Positions 1-6,697 of a stretch of DNA of 16,321 bases are shown piece after piece (the stretch's first letter is position 1; every line of letters begins with the position of its first letter). The notes under the pieces were generated by a model, which was given only the letters and a program-made list of their open reading frames with translations, was not told the DNA's origin and did no database searches. The stretch comes from Nanobdellati archaeon. GTDB lineage: Archaea; EX4484-52; GLR71. The stretch spans positions 1 to 16,321 of the forward strand of contig JAHYJO010000021.1 in NCBI GenBank assembly GCA_019429125.1. The letters are read 5' to 3'. A program made the translations under genes and the position numbers.

Positions 1-157
1 CAGTAGCTAAACTTACTGAAAGTTTATTTGCAACCGTTATTGGTGCATTATTTTCTTTAATCAATAAACCTGCTTGAAGCTTCTTTTTTGCAAATTTATC
101 AGTTTCATTATTGATTGCATCAATAATGTTTTCAGAGGTAAAAGGTATATCTTTCAT
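1..157 (-). CDS. 5' part of a helix-turn-helix protein (IS630-transposase-N-terminus-like or HTH regulator), runs off the window
   Basis: My translation from ATG at 157 is open to the window edge: MKDIPFTSENIIDAINNETDKFAKKKLQAGLLIKENNAPITVANKLSVSLAT. 'KKLQAGLLIKE...ITVANKLSVSLAT' fits an HTH pattern. Not in the ORF track because it is truncated. Confidence 0.55.
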   Translation of the reverse strand, partial: MKDIPFTSENIIDAINNETDKFAKKKLQAGLLIKENNAPITVANKLSVSLAT

Positions 158-433
158 ACTAGATATTTAGTTTTTGATGTATATATAGTTTCTAAGTATT
201 TATCGCATTGACTATAAGTCATAGATTACTGAAGCGGTTATGGATTCGGAGTATATTGGAGTACCAGGTATCTTAAATTCTGCATATTTGTCTTGTCCTG
301 AGATTTCATTTATGTCGGCCGGCTTCGTTATTATTGGTTTTTTTGTGTGGGTTTATTTATTGGTCTTAAGATACGAGAAAACCGGATTGAAAAGATTTAA
401 AAATGATAGGGTTTATGTAATAATTAATGTTTA

Positions 434-976
434 TTGGTGGTATGTATTAAGATTATGATATCTGGGACGCCTGGTACGGGGAAGACGCAAGTGTCGGGCA
501 TTTTGGCTAAAAAGCTTGGGTTTGAGCTTATATCAGTAAATGATTTTGCTGAATCTCATGGGTTGGTAGAGGGGACTGATGAGGCGCGCGAGTCGTTAAT
601 TATTGATGAGGAAAAGCTTAAAGTTGAGATTGAAAAGCTTTCAGGGGATATTGTTTTAGAGGGACATCTTGCACATTTCTGTTATGCTGACCTTGTTGTA
701 ATCTTAAGGACGAATCCTCTCGAGCTTGAAAAACGGTTATTGTCGCGTAATTGGGCTCCTCAAAAAATAACTGAGAATGTTGAGGCTGAAATACTTGATA
801 TAATCTTGCAAGAAGCTGTAGAAATCAATAGCTATGTGGTCGAAATAGATACAAGTTCGGTTGACTCTGAGGCGGTGTCTAAGGTCATTTTTGATATGAT
901 TAAGAATAAGAATTATTCTGATTATAGGCCGGGAAATGTGTCTTGGGTTGCCTTTTTTGATATGCTTCCATTATGA
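434..976 (+). CDS. Adenylate kinase, AK6/Fap7 (hCINAP)-type archaeal nucleotide kinase
   Basis: Walker A GTPGTGKT, 'VLEGH' motif, 'VILRT', lid 'RLLSRNW..KITENVEAE', ~180 aa. True start may be GTG 437 or ATG 455. Confidence 0.9.
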   Translation: MVVCIKIMISGTPGTGKTQVSGILAKKLGFELISVNDFAESHGLVEGTDEARESLIIDEEKLKVEIEKLSGDIVLEGHLAHFCYADLVVILRTNPLELEKRLLSRNWAPQKITENVEAEILDIILQEAVEINSYVVEIDTSSVDSEAVSKVIFDMIKNKNYSDYRPGNVSWVAFFDMLPL

Positions 977-1056
977 TTTTATTAACTGTGTGATAGTTTT
1001 AGATACATTTATAAAAGTATGAGTCATAGTTATTCTGTGAATTATTTTTTCTATAT

Positions 1057-1893
1057 GTGACTAATATGTCAAAAATTATACGAATTATATTGATATTATC
1101 TGTACCTTTTATCTTATTTTTTTGTATAGGGCGTTTGTTGGGTGGTATGACGGGAGCATTTATAGGTCTTATTCTTTTTGGGTTGTACAGTGTCGTATCA
1201 TATTTTTATTCAGATAAGATAATTCTTCGCATGTATGGAGCAAAGGAATTACCTGTAAATAATAATGATGGCATCTATAAAGTGATTAAAGATTTGTCTG
1301 TACATGCAAAAATTCCAGCTCCTAAATTGTATATTGTTGATGTGGATACTCCTTCTGTATTTGTATGTGGGATGCGGAAACCTTTTGCAATTGCGGTCAC
1401 TTTTGGTCTTGTTCAAGTCTGTGATGAACGTGAAGTGGAGGCGGTTCTGTCTCGTGAGTTTGCGCAGATTTCTGGTGGTCATGTCTTGGTAAGCACGCTT
1501 TCTGCCATATTTTCGTTAGCTGTAATCTATCCTTTTGAAGTACTCTGGCGATATGGTGTGTCTCAAAATAAATATTTAGGGATTGTGTTACGTATGCCTG
1601 CGTTATTGGTGGCACCTTTTGCTGCTCTTTTTGTGCGCATGGGCAACAGACGGTCTTTTTCTATAGAACTTGATTGTATGGGTGCAAAATTGTCTAAGAA
1701 ACCAATATGTCTATCTTCAGCTCTTGAAAAGATATCGCGCGAGGTCAAATATAGACCCCTTAAGGTTGGCAGTCATGTGACATCAGCACTTTTTATATCA
1801 AATCCTTTTAATGGTTCTGTACTATCAAGATTCTTTTTGGTGCATCCTTCTCTTGAGGAGAGAATTGCTGGACTTGAGAAGTTGGTGGTATGA
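1057..1893 (+). CDS. htpX: HtpX-like M48 family membrane protein with degenerate zinc-binding site
   Basis: Two N-terminal TM helices, 'YFYSDKIILRMYGAK', 'AKIPAPKLYIV', 'IAVTFGL', 'LSSALEKI', 'ALFISNP', 'HPSLEERI' match HtpX, but HExxH reads REFAQ. Start GTG 1057 or ATG 1066. Confidence 0.85.
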   Translation: MTNMSKIIRIILILSVPFILFFCIGRLLGGMTGAFIGLILFGLYSVVSYFYSDKIILRMYGAKELPVNNNDGIYKVIKDLSVHAKIPAPKLYIVDVDTPSVFVCGMRKPFAIAVTFGLVQVCDEREVEAVLSREFAQISGGHVLVSTLSAIFSLAVIYPFEVLWRYGVSQNKYLGIVLRMPALLVAPFAALFVRMGNRRSFSIELDCMGAKLSKKPICLSSALEKISREVKYRPLKVGSHVTSALFISNPFNGSVLSRFFLVHPSLEERIAGLEKLVV

Positions 1894-1953
1894 ATACTTT
1901 TAAAAAGATTTTGAGTAAAGTTATATAGTATTATATATTTAAATGTGATTCTT

Positions 1954-2118
1954 ATGGCAAAACCAAGAAATGAAATCGCCGTTAAAAGGCTTTTTACAAA
2001 TGTGTATATCTGCATGAAATGCAATGCAAAGGTTCGATCCGGTAAAAAGGATGGGGTTAAATGCAGAAAATGCCATTCAACAGGCATGCGTCTTAAGAAC
2101 AAAGATATCAAAGGATAG
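1954..2118 (+). CDS. rpl40e: 50S ribosomal protein L40e
   Basis: 54-aa ORF below the track cutoff: MAKPRNEIAVKRLFTNVYICMKCNAKVRSGKKDGVKCRKCHSTGMRLKNKDIKG, with the CxxC...CRKC zinc ribbon of L40e. Confidence 0.92.
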   Translation: MAKPRNEIAVKRLFTNVYICMKCNAKVRSGKKDGVKCRKCHSTGMRLKNKDIKG

Positions 2119-2162
2119 ATAATATTATCCTATTATATATTTTTTCTTATATTTTTTTATAT

Positions 2163-2293
2163 GCTCTGGTGGCTCAGGGGTAGAGCGTTGCCTTGGTATG
2201 ACTGTAAGGGTATGTTATTGATATCCTGTGGATTTTTTATTTTTGCAGTTAACAAATAGGCAGAGGTCGCGCGTTCGATTCGCGTCCAGGGCT
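2163..2293 (+). tRNA. tRNA-Thr(GGT) with 59-nt intron at canonical 37/38 (2199-2257)
   Basis: Acceptor GCTCTGG/CCAGGGC plus T73, D stem GCTC/GAGC, anticodon stem TTGCC/GGCAG with loop TT-GGT-A|A, T arm GCGCG-TTCGATT-CGCGT. Relaxed BHB, intron stem GACTGTAA/TTGCAGTT, T-run follows. Confidence 0.92.
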
Positions 2294-2358
2294 TTTTTGG
2301 AATGGTAGTTTTTTATTTTGGTGTTTTTGTTTAGATTTATATGTGTAATTGTAGTTTT

Positions 2359-2677
2359 AGAGTTATAAATAATGAAAGCGCAAAAAAACTTCTCGGGGAT
2401 GAAATCTTAAAGAAAATTGCTCAGGAAATGACTGAAATTGTAAAAAAATACGTATATTGGCTGGAAAATGAGAGAGACTGTCAGAGCTAAACTTAGAGTT
2501 ATTGTGAAACGGTTGCTTAAAAAATACGGTTATCCTCCAGACAAAACTGCTATGGCTACAGACCTTATATTGGAGCAAGTTGAATCATTATCTGAAAAAT
2601 GGGTTGAAGATGAGGAAATGAATCCGTATATAATGCAATATGAAGAGAATATGGATGCTATTTTAGAGAAGAAATAA
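2359..2677 (+). pseudogene. hsdR: Remnant of type I restriction endonuclease subunit R C-terminus (DUF3387-like), frameshifted
   Basis: NNESAKKLLGDEILKKIAQEMTEIVK (2368-2445), then a frameshift in the A7 run (2442-2448) to NTYIGWKMRETVRAKLRVIVKRLLKKYGYPPDK..ATDLILEQ, the characteristic HsdR C-terminus. No upstream helicase/nuclease part. Confidence 0.85.
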
Positions 2678-2743
2678 ATCTTATGTTAATTTTTGGTATA
2701 TATTATATATTTGCTTTATTTGATTTCTTGGATGCCTTAATCC

Positions 2744-2912
2744 GGCACTGTTCATTTTTTTGAGTGATTTCAAACAAAATGTAGTTAATTAAATACCTTT
2801 ATTTCTTTTGTAATTCGACGTGAAATGTGTATATTAAATGGATTTCTGCAGGAGTTTATAAACAAACAATATTTAAAAAATATTCAAAATCACTCACTTT
2901 TTGGACAGTGCC
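2744..2912. mobile_element. 169-bp non-autonomous MITE (IS6- or IS1595-type ends) with 8-bp target-site duplication
   Basis: Left end GGCACTGTtcattttttTGAGTGATTT, right end (reverse complement) GGCACTGTccaaaaagTGAGTGATTT. Flanked by an exact direct repeat CTTAATCC at 2736-2743 and 2913-2920. No transposase ORF. Confidence 0.85.
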
Positions 2913-2926
2913 CTTAATCCAATATC

Positions 2927-2936
2927 TATTTAAATA
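2927..2936 (+). promoter_or_regulatory. Putative TATA box of trpS
   Basis: TATTTAAATA 20-30 nt upstream of ATG 2957, the spacing expected for a leaderless or short-leader archaeal transcript. AT-rich context lowers specificity. Confidence 0.45.
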
Positions 2937-2956
2937 TTATATTGTTAATTACAGGT

Positions 2957-4036
2957 ATGATATTTGATCCCTGGGGCGCTAACAAGATAACTGACTATGA
3001 ACATGCATTTACCAAATTCGGTCTTTCACGGTTTGATAAAGACACCTTTCCAATTGACCATTACCTTTTCAGGAGACATCTTATCATTGCGCACAGGGAT
3101 TTTGCTAAAGTTTATGATAGGATAAAATCTAAGAAGATTTTCCTGCAACTTACAGGGATTGCTTCATCTGGTGACCTTCATTTTGGGCATAAGGTGGATA
3201 TTGATCTTTTTAGGGTATTTAAAGGTCTTGGTGCTAAAGGATATTTCTGTGTGTGTGACCTTGATGCTTATACAAGTCGTGATGACAATAAAATACCTAC
3301 ACTTGCTGTTGCAAAAGTGCATGCGGTAAAAAATGTTGCTCACCTTCTCGCTTTTGGGTTTGATTCCTCTGATATATATGTCCAGTCGCGTAAAAGTAAC
3401 AGGTACTATGAGTTTGTATTTGAGATTTCTAAAAAGATAACAAGCAATATGTTTGAGGCTGTCTATGGTCACAAAGATCTTGGTAAGGTATCTGCTGTTC
3501 TTTTGCAATTGGCAGACATTATACATGTCCAGTTGCCTGAATTTTTTGGTAAGAATCCATCTGTTACTGGTATTGGTCTTGATCAGGATCCGCACGCTAA
3601 GATAACGCGCGATGTGACCAAAAAGTTACCGTATGATCTTGAAACACCGTCATTTGTTTATTTCCTTCATCAGTCTGGGCTTAAGGAAGGCAGTAAGATG
3701 AGTTCATCTGAGCCTGCAACTGCAATCTTTTTAGGAGATAGTGCTGATGCAGTAAAAAAGAAGATTAATAGGACATTTACTGGTGGTCGTGAGTCTTTAG
3801 AGGAACAGAAAGAAAAAGGTGGTAATCCTGATATATGTAAGGTTTATGAATTTTTTAGGTTCCATCATCCAGATGATAAGTATCTTTTGGATCTTACAAA
3901 AGATTGTATGGCAGGTAAAATCTTGTGCGGTGAGTGTAAGGGCAATTGCGTTAAGTTCATAAATGATTTCCTTTCTGTACATCAGAAAAAGTATGATGAA
4001 GCGTTGCCAACTGCTAAGAAAATTGTATATGGTTGA
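2957..4036 (+). CDS. trpS: Tryptophanyl-tRNA synthetase (archaeal type)
   Basis: Class I motifs HFGH and KMSSS, N-terminal DPWG..DY, 'HRDF', 'GLDQDPH', 'TFTGGR', C-terminal 'G.ILCGECK'. ATG 2957 preferred over TTG 2942. Confidence 0.95.
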   Translation: MIFDPWGANKITDYEHAFTKFGLSRFDKDTFPIDHYLFRRHLIIAHRDFAKVYDRIKSKKIFLQLTGIASSGDLHFGHKVDIDLFRVFKGLGAKGYFCVCDLDAYTSRDDNKIPTLAVAKVHAVKNVAHLLAFGFDSSDIYVQSRKSNRYYEFVFEISKKITSNMFEAVYGHKDLGKVSAVLLQLADIIHVQLPEFFGKNPSVTGIGLDQDPHAKITRDVTKKLPYDLETPSFVYFLHQSGLKEGSKMSSSEPATAIFLGDSADAVKKKINRTFTGGRESLEEQKEKGGNPDICKVYEFFRFHHPDDKYLLDLTKDCMAGKILCGECKGNCVKFINDFLSVHQKKYDEALPTAKKIVYG

Positions 4037-4081
4037 TTTTTTAACATAACCTATATAAACCATCTTCTATAAATAAGGGTT

Positions 4082-5515
4082 ATGGTGTTAAAGTCTAGGT
4101 CCAGTTTAGTTGTTTCTATTATATTTTTGGTTATGTTTTTGATGCAACCTGTTCTTGCGCAAGATCCGTTTTCAGTAAAGGTCTTGACTGAAAAACAATC
4201 TGTATATGTAGGTAATTCTGTTGATTATGTTATTGGTGTCACTAATAATCTTAATGAAGGTGTAGATGTCCAGATATTTCCGACTTCATCATACAGTAGT
4301 TGGTTTGCTACACAAGAAAATTATACGCAATATATAAGCCCAAATGGGACTGTTAATTTTAATGCTAGAATTGTACCTGCACTTGGGACATCAAGTGGTA
4401 ATATTGTAATCACTGTAAGTGTCTGTAAGGTGCGAAGCAATGTGTGTTCTGATACTTTCATAAATATGCAAGTTATAGATAAATCCCAGCTGAAGATATT
4501 GAGCTTTGAACCTGAATCGTCAGAATCACCTATGAATGCTGGAGCAAAATTTATATTTCGTCTGGAAAATCTTGGAGAATCAAATATAATATCCTACAAG
4601 TTGCAAGTTGATGCTTTTGATTTAAATGGTAATTTGGTATCAAACAGGACTGTTGATCTTGATAAGATTCCTACAAAGTCATTATATCCTCGTGATAGTG
4701 ATGCATCTGTACTTCTTGTTTTTGATGTTATTGGCACTTATGATGTATATGCAAAAATAATTGACAGCACTGGTGGTGTTGTGCAGACTGAAACTTCAAA
4801 GATTACAATAACTGTTCCTCCTGAAGTCAAGACTGAAATAATTGATAAGAATACAGTTCCGGGTATATTATTTGAAAAGACAACATATTTTATTCAAAAT
4901 ATGAATTCAAAAGTTAATAGTGTTACTGTAACCCATCCTGTTTTTTTAGTACCGTTCATATATTCTTTTTCAGAGGCACCTGAAATTGTTGAAATTGATG
5001 GTGTGAAATCCTTTGTTTGGGTTTGTGATTTGGCAATTTCGGGTAATGATGGTGATTCTTGTGAATTTAGTCTAACTGCTAATTATTGGGTTATTTACCT
5101 TGCAATAATTATGTTGTTTATTTTGGCAGGGTTTATTTATGCTGAGATTGAGAAGCCTAAGATAAAAAAGACGCACATAAATAAGGGTGAACTTCATTCG
5201 GTTCATATATCTATTAAGAATAATAGTTCAAAACCTCTTGAGGATGTTACGGTGACAGATGTTTTACCGTCTGTGCTTAAACTTGTCGGAGAGTATACTG
5301 TAAAACCTACAAGTATTATAAAAAAACATAATAGTGTTGAATTGGTCTGGGGTATAGGCAAATTAAAAAGCAAGGAAGAACGTGTTCTGACGTATAATGT
5401 GAAACCTATTGTAGAGGTTGAAGGGGGGATAGATTTACCTGCTGTTGAGATAAAAGCGGTCAATGCGCGAGGTAAGCATGAGAAAGTCATGTCAAAGTCT
5501 ATTGTATTGTCTTGA
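4082..5515 (+). CDS. Secreted/membrane-anchored protein: signal peptide, beta-rich (Ig/CARDB-like) extracellular region, single TM helix, C-terminal DUF11-like domain
   Basis: Signal peptide ending 'QPVLA', beta-strand-rich body with N-x-S/T sequons, TM 'YWVIYLAIIMLFILAGFIY', then 'VHISIKNNS..LEDVTVTDVLP...LVWGIGKLKSKEERVLTY'. Confidence 0.75.
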   Translation: MVLKSRSSLVVSIIFLVMFLMQPVLAQDPFSVKVLTEKQSVYVGNSVDYVIGVTNNLNEGVDVQIFPTSSYSSWFATQENYTQYISPNGTVNFNARIVPALGTSSGNIVITVSVCKVRSNVCSDTFINMQVIDKSQLKILSFEPESSESPMNAGAKFIFRLENLGESNIISYKLQVDAFDLNGNLVSNRTVDLDKIPTKSLYPRDSDASVLLVFDVIGTYDVYAKIIDSTGGVVQTETSKITITVPPEVKTEIIDKNTVPGILFEKTTYFIQNMNSKVNSVTVTHPVFLVPFIYSFSEAPEIVEIDGVKSFVWVCDLAISGNDGDSCEFSLTANYWVIYLAIIMLFILAGFIYAEIEKPKIKKTHINKGELHSVHISIKNNSSKPLEDVTVTDVLPSVLKLVGEYTVKPTSIIKKHNSVELVWGIGKLKSKEERVLTYNVKPIVEVEGGIDLPAVEIKAVNARGKHEKVMSKSIVLS

Positions 5516-5592
5516 TATTGGTATTTTGAACCATTGGTTTTAAAAAACTTTTTAGTGTATTATATAGGTATTGATTTTTATTTTTTATTTAT

Positions 5593-5738
5593 CCCGCCTT
5601 AGCTCAACCTGGAAGGCATAGTTTTTGTCTGGGGATTAGAGCACTCGGCTGTAGTCGAATACACAAGCGTGTTTTCGTCAGTTAGCCTGTGTTCGTATAG
5701 TGACCGAGGTGTTCCCAGTTCAAATCTGGGAGGCGGGA
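5593..5738 (+). tRNA. tRNA-Tyr(GTA) with two introns: D-loop (~5613-5636) and canonical 37/38 (5655-5702)
   Basis: C1-G72 acceptor CCCGCCT/AGGCGGG plus A73, D stem GCTC/GAGC, anticodon stem CTCGG/CCGAG with loop CT-GTA-G|A, T arm CCCAG-TTCAAAT-CTGGG. Canonical intron BHB helix CTGT/ATAG and stem CGAATACA/TGTGTTCG. Confidence 0.93.
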
Positions 5739-5753
5739 TTCTTTTTTCTTTTT
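5739..5753 (+). terminator. Oligo-T terminator after tRNA-Tyr
   Basis: TTCTTTTTTCTTTTT immediately after the discriminator base. Confidence 0.55.
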
Positions 5754-6242
5754 GTTTATTTGATATTTATGATTTTTTTTGTCTTGTGTGTGTGTTATAT
5801 TTATAATATTTGAAATATAGTTATTAGTGTAGTTATCAGTATAATTTTATTTATTTAGGATGTGTGTTATATGGATTGTGGGATTAAACTTGATTATTCC
5901 GCACGAGTTTGTGTGATTATATGGAATGAAAAGTCTATGTCTGCTTTTTTTGACGAAAACGGTATTGATTATTCTGTTAGCAGGGTATGATGTTACAGGG
6001 GATGAAATCTATTGTTTTGTATCTATGGGACCAGTTCAGATATCTTTATGTGATGGGCTTAAACATAATCGTTTTACACAGGCAGATAAAGAAATAAATT
6101 GTAGTTTAGATGCTGAAGAATTCTTTTTGCTTATGTAAAATGATTAAAAATCCATGATTTTTGTGTATTTTTTGGTTTTATTTCGTTTTTGTACTCGTAA
6201 AAAAGCAAATCTTTATAAACTTCTTTAGGGGGTACAGTTACC

Positions 6243-6250
6243 TTTATAAA
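6243..6250 (+). promoter_or_regulatory. TATA box of the 5S rRNA-tRNA-Asp unit
   Basis: TTTATAAA 22-29 nt upstream of the 5S 5' end. A second identical CTTTATAAA at 6211-6219 suggests tandem promoters. Confidence 0.6.
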
Positions 6251-6271
6251 GCTTATTGATGTATAGTATTA

Positions 6272-6385
6272 AGTTGGCGGTCATAGCGAAGGGGTACACC
6301 TGTTCTCATCTCGAACACAGAAGTTAAGCCCTTCAGCGAATTGAGTGGTACTGTCTTTCGACGGGAAGCTTAGGACGCTGCCACT
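6272..6385 (+). rRNA. rrf: 5S ribosomal RNA (not linked to 16S/23S)
   Basis: GGCGGTCATAGCG...TACACCTGTTCTCATCTCGAACACAGAAGTTAAGCC...GGTACTG...CGGGAA...CGCTGCC follows the archaeal 5S consensus. Terminal helix TGGCGG/CTGCCA, ~114 nt. Confidence 0.95.
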
Positions 6386-6400
6386 ATTTATATTTACAAT

Positions 6401-6565
6401 GCTCTGGTAGTGTAGTTGGCCTATCATCTGAGACTGTCACTCTTAGAACCCGGGTTCAAAATTCGTAAAAAATAATATTTTTAAATCAAATCATAATTTT
6501 TGGATAATCGGATTAAATTCGGTTATTCATATATTTTTTTGCGTTTGAAAATCCCGGCCAGGGCG
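6401..6565 (+). tRNA. tRNA-Asp(GTC) with 91-nt intron in the T-loop at 59/60 (6461-6551)
   Basis: Acceptor GCTCTGG/CCAGGGC plus G73, D arm GTGTAGTTGGCCTATCAT, anticodon arm TGAGA-CT-GTC-AC-TCTTA, T stem CCGGG/CCCGG split after TTCAAA. BHB helix TTCA/TGAA, intron stem CGTAAAAAA/TTTTTTGCG. Confidence 0.9.
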
Positions 6566-6697
6566 TTGTCTTTAAGATAATTCAAAATTTAATATATATA
6601 TATAAGGTATGGGATATGCGCACTTCCAAGATAAGTTTTTGTTTCTGATGTATTTATATGTTAGTCAGAACTATGCTTTTTTTGGTTTGATTTGTGT

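Noticed and set aside
240-458. 72-aa ORF with a hydrophobic stretch
   Set aside because: No motif, overlaps the kinase start, and the hydrophobicity is explained by T-rich intergenic DNA. A small membrane protein cannot be fully excluded.
1773-2111. 112-aa minus-strand ORF
   Set aside because: Antisense to the htpX end and L40e, a shadow ORF.
2440-2450. A7 run as a programmed frameshift or phase-variation switch
   Set aside because: Even in frame only ~100 aa of a ~1000-aa HsdR would be made, so decay is more likely.
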